Of a stretch of DNA of 64,000 nucleotides, positions 50,301 through 58,311 are shown piece after piece (position 1 is the first letter of the stretch; every line of letters starts with the position of its first letter). The notes below the pieces were generated by a model. It did not search any database. It had not been told where the DNA came from and saw nothing but the letters and a program-made list of their open reading frames with translations. Origin of the DNA: Candidatus Sulfomarinibacteraceae bacterium (GTDB lineage Bacteria > Acidobacteriota > Thermoanaerobaculia > Thermoanaerobaculales > Sulfomarinibacteraceae); contig CAWCLO010000004.1 of assembly GCA_963796455.1 (NCBI GenBank), forward strand, positions 1,120,001 to 1,184,000. The letters are read 5' to 3'. Both the position numbers and the translations under genes were made by a program.

Positions 50301-53300
50301 TCACCCGCCACCGTGATGACCAGCGGCGTCAACGAGCTGCGCTGCTCGAGGGTGTCCTCGACTTCGCACGACACCAGCAGTTGTTCGCCAGCGACCGCGT
50401 CGAATGGGATGCGGTATTCCCGGGAATCGGAACCCGTCGTTCCAGAAAGCACAACAGTCCACTCCTGCTCGATGACCCCGGTTGTCGAAACATAGGCGGA
50501 GGCCAAACCGTGGTCATCCGCGAAATCAATCGTGACCGTCAGCAGGTGATTCGGCAAAACCTCGTTGGACGGCTCGGATCCGATCGTTCCGGTCGGAAGC
50601 CGATCATCCACAACCATGAGTTCGCGCGACGCGATCTCCGAGACATTCCCGGAAACATCTTCGGCCGCTGCGCCGAGCACCACCGAAGGCACGTCCACCG
50701 GCATCATCGCGGTTCCGCGGAACCGGCCGGGGATTGCGTCCGGAGAAACCATCAACGGCACCCCGTCGACTGTGAGCACAACCGAACGAAGTGAGTCATT
50801 TGAGGTCACTGCTGCCAGGACCGTGATCTCGCGGCCCTCCAAAGCAGTCCAGACCCCTCCCTGATCCATCGCCCCTTCCGGAAGCAGCAAGGTGATGACC
50901 GGTGCCTCGATATCACGGACTCTGAAGGTGAAGCTGTAGGCCTCAGCGAGGGCGAGTCCGGCGGCATCGGTAACACCATCGATGATGACGGTGTAGAAGG
51001 TGTCGAGTTCGAGAGCGGTGGCCGGTCGGATTCGAATGTCGAAACCGTCGCGCTGGAGGTCGAGGACCGCCTCGACCGGCTGACCACCCGCATCGAGTAG
51101 GCGGACCGTCGTTGCACTCAGCGACTCGGGATCCATCGACTCGGAACAGCTGATGATCGGCACCACGTCCGGTCCGACCGGTTGATCGCCGTCGGGGTCA
51201 TCGACCGGGACCGCGCCGAGCACCGAAGGCGGGATGGTGTCCCGGGTACGGAAGGTCGAATGCAGATCGAAGGATGGTCTTCGTCCCGCGAGGTCTTCCA
51301 CGTCGTCCAGAACGTCGATCAGATACAGCGTTTCACTCACCAGAGGACCATGGGCCAAGGTGACGCGGGTAAATGCTTCGAGCGGGCCGTCGCCGTCCGG
51401 ATCTGGTTCTTCGGAGAAGCTCCTTGTGAAAGGAACAGAACTTCCGGAACCCTGTTGCCTCAGCGAGATGTTCCCGCCAACCAAGGTCGCCAGGCGCATC
51501 CGCTCCGAAAAGTCGATGATGATGTCCGCGGTCGGATCGGCGTCCTGTCCACCGTTGACCGGCTCGATCGAGGCGACCCAGGGATTCGTCTCGTCGAGCA
51601 CCAGATCCGCGAGAATCAGGTGATCGGTGGCGACGACGATATCGCGCAGCGAGTGTCTGCCCAACCCGTTCGCGGCATAGGCCTCGAGCTGGTAGGTCTG
51701 ATTGGCCGCGAGCGACGGGAAGGTAAACCATCCCGTTTCGTCCGAGACGGCTTGGAACGTGCGATTGCTGAAAATCATCTTGACGAGCGCGCCGGCTGCC
51801 GGTTGCCCCATGGGATCGAGCGTCCGACCCTCGGCCGAAGCCGAGAGCTCGATTGCCATCTCGACCGATATGGTGCCGCTGTGATCTTCCTGCGATATCT
51901 CGATCTCGCGGGAACCGCCCAACAGCGCGCCGGTCGGGTCCGTCAGAGCCGCGGTCACGGTGTAGGTTCCGACGCCGAGTCCGCTGACCGGAATAATCGA
52001 GCCGTCATCGCCGGTCTGGGTCGTCACGTCGCGTCTGCCGTAGAAGCCGCTCCCGGTTATCCGAACCTTCGCCCCGACAACCGGCTCCCCTCCTTGAGTC
52101 ACCGCCACCGCGATTGCCGCCCGACCCATCAGCTCGAGTTCGACGACCTGATCACTCGGTGGATTCGACATCCAGCTCTCCGAGACGGCACCCAGCGCCG
52201 TCGTGAACTTGCGGCCGAGTATCTGCTCGACACCGGCGCTTTCACATGCACCGAGACACGCACCAACCTTGAATCTGCCCGACACCACATTTTCGAAGAC
52301 CGGTGCGACATCCATTGAAAGGTGCTGGACAGTTGGTGATGAACCACTTGGCTCGCGGAAGAAGTCATGACTGGATTGCTGGAACGCAACCGAAGGCACC
52401 TCGTCTGCAAGCGCCACACCGAAAGGATCGAGGACCCGGACCGCGATTTCAGCAGTTTCCGGTAACTCGAGTTCGATCGTGGTGGTCGGCGAGGTGACCG
52501 GGTTGATCGAAACCGTCGCCTCGACAAAAAGCGGAGAATCCGGATCGAAAGCCGTGATCACGGCCGTACCGGCCGATACGCCCTCAAAAACAAAGCCACC
52601 GTCGGCACCGGTGAACGCAGTCCATTCCCGCTGGTGCTGCTGGACCTGGCCGTTCTGGTTGAGAACCACCGATGTCCGGAGTTTGATCTGGCCGCCTTCA
52701 ACAGGTTCTTGATATTGATCCCGGAGGATCCCTTCAAGCCTTCCCATAGGCGACAGCGAAACGTCGAGCACCGCGTCGCGGACGCAGGTGGTGCCGAATC
52801 CAGAATTCGAGCTGTCACACAGCGACACGGTGGCGGAAATTCCTCCACGATTGCTGGCTGTATGGAAGGCGCGAACCTGATAATCGCGCCCCACCGGGAC
52901 GCTCGAAAAGAGGTATGTCCCGTCAGCAGCCGTGCTCTCGGTGGTCAGAATCTCGTAGTAGTAGCTCACCCGGCGGAAGAGCTGAACCGTCACCGACTCG
53001 ACCGGTTCTCCATTTTCGGGAAGGGTCACGGTGCCGCCGACCGTGCCGGTCGGGTGGAGGCACACGGGCTCAGCGAGAAGAGTCGTTTCTCCCGCCGGAC
53101 CAAGGCCTACGGTTTCGTAGGCGGATCCGTGAAGCGCCGAGGTTGCGGAGAGGGTCCAGGTCCCGACCATCTGCCCGGCAAACATGAACGATGCACGATC
53201 GTCCTCATCGAGCTCGAGATCGAGCACCCGATTTTCGATCTCCCCGATTTCGAGATTGGAGATAAACGGTTTCGGCACCCCATTGGGCCACATGCTGATC

Positions 53301-56300
53301 CGGACCGAGGACCCCGCCTTGGCGGATTTCTTGTCGAAACACAATGCCACCTGGCCCTCGGTCGCGGCTCGTCCGCGCAACGAGAGCACGAGATCGTCGA
53401 TCACCTGCCCCGAACCCATGTTGCCGTTGAGCCATGCGATGCCATGGCCCGGATGGTAGACGCGAATGCTGTACGCCCCTCGCGGTACGAGTCCGAAGTT
53501 GAAGGTACCGTCCTGTTGGGAAGGTTGCTTGTGCAGCGCGATGAGGTTGCCTCCCGTACCGGTGATCCACAGCTCGACGGTGGCTTCCGCCACCGCGATC
53601 GGGCCCTCCGGGCCGGGGCGAACCACCGTGCCGCCGACAATTCCCGGTGCCTGGAAGTTGATGACCAGTTCCCGACCGTCAACTCCATCGATAAACATCG
53701 AAGCGGAGACGGGACCGTAAAAACCACTCGACGCGACGGCGACAAGGGATCCGACATTGGTCGGCAGATCTTCGACCAGACAAACGCCTTCCGGGTCGAG
53801 TTCGCATTCGGTCCAACCTTCATCCGGAACCTGTCCGATCCTGCCGGTGGATGTCACGCCGGGCACCCGATAACTGATGGGTGTGATCGGAGCCACCTCA
53901 CCACCACCGACCGTATCCGCCTCGACACGAATGGTGGCGCTGACCAATCCGCCGAGAATGAGATTTGTCGCGGCAGAGTGCCCCGGATAGAGCACTTTCA
54001 CTTTACCTCGTGCGAGTCTTTGGCCGAGCCGGACCAGGACATCATGTTCTCCAGGCGGTACGTCTTCGATCCGGATGCTTCCGTCGCCGCCGGTCCTGCC
54101 CCCATACCCACTTCCGAAATGGGCGAGCGCCACCTCGGCACCGAACTCGGGAGATCCGGAGCCATTGGCTACATTGACCGTCACCGAACCCAGACCCTGG
54201 TCCTCTCGCAATACGAAGTCGAGGACCAGGACCTGGCCGTCGGCCGTCAGATCGACCGTCTTGGTCGTCGAGGCCGCGGTCACCGGATCCCAGACCTCGA
54301 GATCGATCTGCCCGAGCGGCAGATTCGAAAGATCGTAGAGTCCGCCCTCATCCGCAAGAGCGAAGAGCCCCTGTTGACGGGCAACCACATAAGCTCCGGC
54401 CACCGGCGTTTCGACTCCACCCGAAAGCAGGGTCACCTTCCCGGTGATCGTGCCGGTCGCGCTCGCCCGGACCACCAGTTCCGCTGTGTTCATGGCATCG
54501 CCCAGCAGATCGACCACCACCTCACCGACGTAGCGGCCGAGAGTCGGGCTCCAGGCTTTGAAACGGGCGATTCCGGGGGGCACATCTTCCATCGAGAAGA
54601 GACCGTTCGAGTCGGTTCTCGCGGCATGGGTGGCACCCTGGTAACCGGCGGGAATCACATAGACATCGAGATCGGGAATCGGTTGCGCGGTCTCACCATC
54701 AATCACAGATCCCTCAACCTGCGCCAAGGGCTGGGCGAAATCGTGCAGCACCAACTCGATGGCCGCTTCGGCTCCCGGAGCAGTGATTTGTGCCGTTCCG
54801 GAGGTATAGGTCGGGCCGTCCTTGGCTACCACCTGAACCGGGCCTACCGGAAGATCCTCGAGACGGAAGCTGCCCGAGGCGTCGGGCTCCGTCTGGCGTC
54901 CTTCCCAGGGGTTTGTGATCGAGCGGGCGATGACCACCGGATTGACAAGGGCTGATCCATCGGCCTTCCGAAGAGTCCCCACGACATCACCGCGACCAAC
55001 CATCGCCAGCGTCAGAGTGCGCACCTGATTGTCGCCGGGCAAACGCCCCACCAACCGGGTGTCGCGTCCGTTTTCGGGATCAACGGCTCTTACTGTAAAG
55101 GCGGCATGTTGGCTCGGAATGGCTTCATCGCGATACCTGACGGCATCAAAAAGGAACCCACCCGAGGCATCTGCCCGGACGCGATCGGAGAGGCCCGGAT
55201 ACCAATTGCAGCCGTCTATCGGGTGACAGATCTCGAAGAGTTCGTAGAGCTCGAGCTCGGCATGAGGCAGTGGACCACCATCCGGACCGAGAACAACCCC
55301 ACGAACGACTCCGCTTTCGAGCCCTTCCCCCACATCGATCAAGAAATCGGAAATGTCGAGCTCTCCCCCACCGACCATGGGCAGTGGCGCCGACCCACTT
55401 GAAAGCTTCAGTTCAGCATGAGGGTTGAGAGGTTCGCTGAAAGTCACCACAAGGATGCGCGGATCGAGTTGAACACGGAACGAACGCCCATGTCTGGACC
55501 GCGAAAAGGATTCCACCGATCCCTGACCATCATCGATATCGAGGACGGAGTCGATCAGCCATTCCTCTGCTTCGATCTCTGCAACGGCATCGCCATCCAC
55601 AGGCTGGCTGAGCAACAGAACGACGTTGCGGTATCCACCGCTTCGAACCGGATTGACGGTTTGGCTGAAGCCCGCACGAATCACCCTGGGTGCCGGTGCT
55701 CCGCGATCGACCGCCACGATTTCTTCCCACCAATCCCGCAGTGAATCGCCATTGGAGTCGCTTTCGATCCAGGTGCTCTCCAGCAACGGCCCGATGTTGA
55801 AAAATGCCAGACTGCCATTCCCGGTATCAACTTCCTGTGATGGAGCAAACCGGCGTGTGCTGCCGTCCGGCATGACGAGAATCGCCTCGATGTCCACCGC
55901 TCCCGACCGGGTGCCCCAGAGTTGGACCTGATAGCTCTCCTCGAACCACGATCCGTCTTTTTCAACCGGCACGGCAACGATCCCGATCTCGCCGGACCAC
56001 GCATCCGAGTCGAGTCCAAGGATTGATCCGCCTTCGAGATCGCGGGTAAAGAACTCGACATCCGACCGTTGCCCGACAACGGTACGCCCAGAGGAGTTCC
56101 CCACCATCGCCAATCGAGCCCCACCCTCAAAACCAGCACCCTCAGCGCTAACCAGAACCATCGGTCTGCCGGAAATCGCGAGCTCTTCGAGTTCCGCCAG
56201 GGCTTCCGAGGCACCGAGTTCTTCCATCCGTGCCCCGAGATAACTGGCGGTGGCGTTCTCGAGCTGATGACCGCGGCGCGATTGGCGCCTCAATACATCA

Positions 56301-58102
56301 AAGCTCGGACTCCAACGGGTCGAACCCATCCACTCGAGACCGAAGCCGACCACCGAACGGGCTAGGGGTTCGCCAAAAGCGAGCCGTTGACCGGCAGCGG
56401 CGAGTTCGGTGCCCCGCAACATGACGATCGCCTCGCCTACCGGCGGCAGATCGACCTCGACGCCGTTCGGCGCATTGGCGAGCGAGTGCGCAAGCCCGAG
56501 GAGTTCGATAGCGGGCTCGAGGACTGCTTTCGGCAAAGCGTCGACCACCGGTGGCAGGACGATGGACTCCGGCGAAAGAGGGATACCAAGTTCGCCGACG
56601 CCGATTTCGAAGACAAATCTGGCGTCGATTGCGTTCGACGAATTGAATGCGCTTGCAACCACCCTCCCGGTTCGAAGTGAATTGAGTTTCCACTTGACCA
56701 TCGCGGTTGTCCCCGGCAACAACTCCGCCACCCGTTGAATCGGGTTGTTGTCACCGTCCTCTATCTCGTCATAGAGGTCGTCGTTGGCACCAACAAGCCG
56801 GGCACCGGAGATCGCGTTCGTCGGCAGCTCCAAAGACAAATCGTAGACGGGAGTCGTCGAGACATTGGTTACTGCTACGCGGAAATCATAGAACTCTCCG
56901 GTGCGTACGACGTTCGGATGGAAGAAGGTCATCGCAAAACGCGGGTCGCGCACCACCACGACACCGGGAATCTTGCCTTCCACGGAAGCCGTCCGACCCG
57001 AGGTCAGACCATGGATCTCCCCTGTCAGGTGGGCTGTCAGGCGGTGCTGGCCTTCCCGTAAACCCTCAACCAGCCACGTTGCCTGTCCGCGAGCCTGGGC
57101 GACGATGAAGATCAGATCATCACTGGTTCCGGGTTCGCCGTCTGGCCCGGGATCCATAACCGGTACCGGCTCGCCGGGGATCGTCGGCGGGTCGGTTTCA
57201 GCTTGTCTGAGGCCGTCACTCGACAACTCGAGCACGCCCGTCAGGTTGCGCAATTCGAGACCGCTGTCGGCGAGTGCGCCGTTTTGCACCACCATGATGA
57301 CTGAAAAGAACTGATTGAGAAACGCCATATCGGTCGGGATGATGATGAAGCCTGGAATTGGTGTGGCTTCGATGGCCTCGGTGTCGATATCCGGCAGATC
57401 CAACAAGGTCCTCGGAATCGGTTCGAGACCGCCGGTATTGACGGTTGGCACCGGGATCTCGGGGAGCTCCGGCCCGATCGGCAGGGAGTAGGACTCCGGA
57501 GCCTCGAGCAATGTCATGCCCTGCGGTCCAAGCATCACGTCAAACGGGATTTCAACGGTCCCACCTTCGACCTGGAAACCCACCGTGTAGTGCCAGGCCG
57601 TGTAGTTGTCCGCATCGATGACGATGCCGTAGGCATCCATCTCATCGGGTGTCAAAGCTCTCGACGTGATCGACGAGATGACCAGCCGGTGAACCAGGAT
57701 CTCGGCGGTATCCGGTTCGGCCGACGAAATCGTCCGGTTTCCCTCCACCAGCCGAATTCCGGAGAGCGTGTAGGTTCCTTCGCGATTCAGTCCCGGAATT
57801 CGAAATGCATCGCCGGGAGAGGTCGTCAGCCGAAGCGGCTCGTCGAATCCGGGACCGCTGAGGTCGCCCTCGACCCGCAGCCCGGGGGGAATTTGATCAG
57901 GACGCAGTTCTCCCAAAGATGTAAATACAACAGTGGCTAAACCTGGCGCGACTTCTTGAAATGCGGGTGAAACCCTGAGGACCGCCCCGCGGATCTCGAG
58001 TTGGCCGGTTGCCAGTTCTTCGCCCCAAGCCCCGGCTGCCGCACTCACGATTAGTAGTAGAATCGCGATCCGCCTCGCATGCGGCGCCGGGTGAGACATC
58101 AC
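44366..58102 (-). CDS. giant secreted protein 1 (4578 aa): carboxypeptidase-regulatory-like repeats, Big_5/Ig domains, Gly-rich region, Calx-beta, beta-helix-like region
   Basis: Intact 13.7-kb ORF with signal peptide, G.V.G.V...G.F...VP.G repeats, I.FSE.M Big_5-like units, GAAGGSIWI/GGGAV Gly-rich block and three Calx-beta-like units. The ATG at 58099 is an alternative start. Confidence 0.85.
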   Translation of the reverse strand: MMSHPAPHARRIAILLLIVSAAAGAWGEELATGQLEIRGAVLRVSPAFQEVAPGLATVVFTSLGELRPDQIPPGLRVEGDLSGPGFDEPLRLTTSPGDAFRIPGLNREGTYTLSGIRLVEGNRTISSAEPDTAEILVHRLVISSITSRALTPDEMDAYGIVIDADNYTAWHYTVGFQVEGGTVEIPFDVMLGPQGMTLLEAPESYSLPIGPELPEIPVPTVNTGGLEPIPRTLLDLPDIDTEAIEATPIPGFIIIPTDMAFLNQFFSVIMVVQNGALADSGLELRNLTGVLELSSDGLRQAETDPPTIPGEPVPVMDPGPDGEPGTSDDLIFIVAQARGQATWLVEGLREGQHRLTAHLTGEIHGLTSGRTASVEGKIPGVVVVRDPRFAMTFFHPNVVRTGEFYDFRVAVTNVSTTPVYDLSLELPTNAISGARLVGANDDLYDEIEDGDNNPIQRVAELLPGTTAMVKWKLNSLRTGRVVASAFNSSNAIDARFVFEIGVGELGIPLSPESIVLPPVVDALPKAVLEPAIELLGLAHSLANAPNGVEVDLPPVGEAIVMLRGTELAAAGQRLAFGEPLARSVVGFGLEWMGSTRWSPSFDVLRRQSRRGHQLENATASYLGARMEELGASEALAELEELAISGRPMVLVSAEGAGFEGGARLAMVGNSSGRTVVGQRSDVEFFTRDLEGGSILGLDSDAWSGEIGIVAVPVEKDGSWFEESYQVQLWGTRSGAVDIEAILVMPDGSTRRFAPSQEVDTGNGSLAFFNIGPLLESTWIESDSNGDSLRDWWEEIVAVDRGAPAPRVIRAGFSQTVNPVRSGGYRNVVLLLSQPVDGDAVAEIEAEEWLIDSVLDIDDGQGSVESFSRSRHGRSFRVQLDPRILVVTFSEPLNPHAELKLSSGSAPLPMVGGGELDISDFLIDVGEGLESGVVRGVVLGPDGGPLPHAELELYELFEICHPIDGCNWYPGLSDRVRADASGGFLFDAVRYRDEAIPSQHAAFTVRAVDPENGRDTRLVGRLPGDNQVRTLTLAMVGRGDVVGTLRKADGSALVNPVVIARSITNPWEGRQTEPDASGSFRLEDLPVGPVQVVAKDGPTYTSGTAQITAPGAEAAIELVLHDFAQPLAQVEGSVIDGETAQPIPDLDVYVIPAGYQGATHAARTDSNGLFSMEDVPPGIARFKAWSPTLGRYVGEVVVDLLGDAMNTAELVVRASATGTITGKVTLLSGGVETPVAGAYVVARQQGLFALADEGGLYDLSNLPLGQIDLEVWDPVTAASTTKTVDLTADGQVLVLDFVLREDQGLGSVTVNVANGSGSPEFGAEVALAHFGSGYGGRTGGDGSIRIEDVPPGEHDVLVRLGQRLARGKVKVLYPGHSAATNLILGGLVSATIRVEADTVGGGEVAPITPISYRVPGVTSTGRIGQVPDEGWTECELDPEGVCLVEDLPTNVGSLVAVASSGFYGPVSASMFIDGVDGRELVINFQAPGIVGGTVVRPGPEGPIAVAEATVELWITGTGGNLIALHKQPSQQDGTFNFGLVPRGAYSIRVYHPGHGIAWLNGNMGSGQVIDDLVLSLRGRAATEGQVALCFDKKSAKAGSSVRISMWPNGVPKPFISNLEIGEIENRVLDLELDEDDRASFMFAGQMVGTWTLSATSALHGSAYETVGLGPAGETTLLAEPVCLHPTGTVGGTVTLPENGEPVESVTVQLFRRVSYYYEILTTESTAADGTYLFSSVPVGRDYQVRAFHTASNRGGISATVSLCDSSNSGFGTTCVRDAVLDVSLSPMGRLEGILRDQYQEPVEGGQIKLRTSVVLNQNGQVQQHQREWTAFTGADGGFVFEGVSAGTAVITAFDPDSPLFVEATVSINPVTSPTTTIELELPETAEIAVRVLDPFGVALADEVPSVAFQQSSHDFFREPSGSSPTVQHLSMDVAPVFENVVSGRFKVGACLGACESAGVEQILGRKFTTALGAVSESWMSNPPSDQVVELELMGRAAIAVAVTQGGEPVVGAKVRITGSGFYGRRDVTTQTGDDGSIIPVSGLGVGTYTVTAALTDPTGALLGGSREIEISQEDHSGTISVEMAIELSASAEGRTLDPMGQPAAGALVKMIFSNRTFQAVSDETGWFTFPSLAANQTYQLEAYAANGLGRHSLRDIVVATDHLILADLVLDETNPWVASIEPVNGGQDADPTADIIIDFSERMRLATLVGGNISLRQQGSGSSVPFTRSFSEEPDPDGDGPLEAFTRVTLAHGPLVSETLYLIDVLDDVEDLAGRRPSFDLHSTFRTRDTIPPSVLGAVPVDDPDGDQPVGPDVVPIISCSESMDPESLSATTVRLLDAGGQPVEAVLDLQRDGFDIRIRPATALELDTFYTVIIDGVTDAAGLALAEAYSFTFRVRDIEAPVITLLLPEGAMDQGGVWTALEGREITVLAAVTSNDSLRSVVLTVDGVPLMVSPDAIPGRFRGTAMMPVDVPSVVLGAAAEDVSGNVSEIASRELMVVDDRLPTGTIGSEPSNEVLPNHLLTVTIDFADDHGLASAYVSTTGVIEQEWTVVLSGTTGSDSREYRIPFDAVAGEQLLVSCEVEDTLEQRSSLTPLVITVAGDTASPTLSVTAPDFDLNYRSGQQIEFQFELEDEVAVESASLEIDGQTVAVEIADPVLPGPGWTAAAAAIWTVSETDEARTVPWTLSAVDPAGNTGTLEGTLSVIPAQGPDDPVVSFLCPRSGDYCLPDSEVVFTFAIDDDDEVQYYSILVDGEPVLEEVPLGETSWMGEFLWTPPADATAGDDFVIRIVARDWNGNEGSASAILTVPYGTVLTGERELLVDHLGEDLILGPGTHTAATALRPQNLTLLQGATLISRQAESLILTDLGVLDIRCGGAIDVTGLGYSGGETHPSATLADDARSAGSHLGEGSSYGTPGSTYGSVYRPQEFGGGSRNPDSGLPGGGVVRILADSVRIADRAAISANGSTATETYQHGAAGGSIWITAGTITGEGVIEARGGNANNRDRTSAGGGAVALEYGEIDDEIVGAIRADGGYYWRAGGAGTVYLQGPDSIFGDLVVDNAGYRGRYTLPPTLGSGSVLAGSGGQTLVTDRDQVVPQYFVGHWVEVLDSDENESKGKWRVASVDGFTLTLDGDPEIIAGDLWRGVYRFDSVTVRGEARVRFYDHDDFGSVDVEYRSILEEPNDEAPSINPETIVLSAFARKFWIEGFAGAVTDPDGVNRVTVVNDTAGTDVTYYLEPNGSFFRRDISGASGDEIRLEATDSHYDPFVGEALVGTLPANDDAPTIDPSLVSIVNQDGQGLEYRYRVDGLPGAITDENWRVDVTVRNVTAGISWSQEISSVGNFSIGFDAEPGETLLLEATDQHPEPKTSVLDLGGMPDFLPPGIDAAGIGVLAFDFGYWLVSEEPVIFDDSEIDVVFAIDPEQPENVYPLQLRTDGGIDLSPVSDRTGAVLEIVARDEFGNESRVPIPEPLPQNFEPPMVRDEYLSLTANGTEYVVGSIGSCSSEDPCGFPLESFDGVSFARLENRTTAIFEDVDLVLEEASCTWDCGTFIYGFEGASIQGAVGDEIWLVVGDQHPQSTESEQIIWALPQADGSPSITLSEENLIYLDGDYRLRIPAGGVIDPDGPVDLFVSLWRALPGGWVEVGETAATILSGNATDILLPGGLQGDLVILRAFDSVGMTTTVNLGALPEPGSIFASFDSAIYEIAESAGGVRMTIELSEIPTEAVEVQYRTIDGTAEGGADFEATEGTLLFEPGRQRGDIVIRLVDDDVTEGSQSFRVELLSAPGIEVREPIEAEVVITDVDAPPVRVTYSVGVDPYNFLVEPIDLSIVHGQAVFETPLPDGPDVGDQVFIDGLEALFIGDCESDTRCRVHDALGRPPADIAGVTATAIAPAFGSLEAAMWVSADNEHLGTYDLVSVGRSLEILCYGGAPDVTPVRIENWVTSPTHDIRIAAPDSGEIRGVSQRHEGRWSDSAYRLSVFGYRAIWCSVGNVTIEGLQFRVQGDSQTSATGIFLDSLDGTVDLNGLLIQIEGGETSYGMRNGVVVSTAAVADLVLRNSVIHVTDGVSNSQVFAVDVTGVDLNFFALNNTVVGAGYGFNSRDGSITAINNLAVGCGPCFVGEFVAGSANNIATDGSAPNPPAGDFGPVAFLNGTPTVDADYHLACTAWDLVQAGEAMMVHNFNPYDVAMVFDNNADTLAVTEAINPAVITVEFSQPRMIAGTGIRLSNADSHDWMVEAAMRLEDLDPPSGSYIELVDRRDADNTERMATGVDFEAPVEFKVIRLTVWRTTGQEQSQQYVHLVDWWLEGLNTACGQGVDLSEYLDHPFAADMDRRQRVGSWDIGADQSAGLTVGFEGGPYQWWETEGAAQAQVLLSEPAKTEVTVRFKTFSGSALEGEDFIRTEGRLIFEPGEYLKIVHVPLVNDGLGDEFEDFSIELFNPSGARLAVTGFGMTIREGAPPPRVSLSSTLIDVPEDGAVVTVGLDLSRFSEEDVMAGWAVFDRSTRYTLDYGVPEGEWPEQNTVFESGATHADIEFLIFDDSYRENDEFFILRPGGFEGAEPGVPSVGYVRILDDDGGAP

Positions 58103-58262
58103 TCCTCCTATATGCCGTGAAAATCCGGAGGATACCTTGCTGGTTTTGCCTTCATGGTGAACGGAGAACCCCTTTCACCGAAACGAAATCGCCCTCACTC
58201 AATACGATATGGCCCGGCTCGTCCAGCCGCAATGGTCCGATTGAATGGTTTTTCTCATCAAA
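58018..58262 (-). repeat. duplicated promoter/leader/signal-peptide module, copy B
   Basis: Ungapped match to 22933-23177. Encodes MMSHPAPHxxRIAILLLIVSAxAGAWGE. Confidence 0.9.
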
Positions 58263-58311
58263 TCTGGTGGTTTTGGGACGCGAATCGTTCAATTCGCGAT
58301 CAGATCGCTTC

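Noticed and set aside
8586..54955. Long plus-strand ORFs (8586..10601, 40668..42707, 52634..54955 and others)
   Set aside because: Antisense shadows of well-supported high-GC minus-strand genes, with no recognisable motifs.
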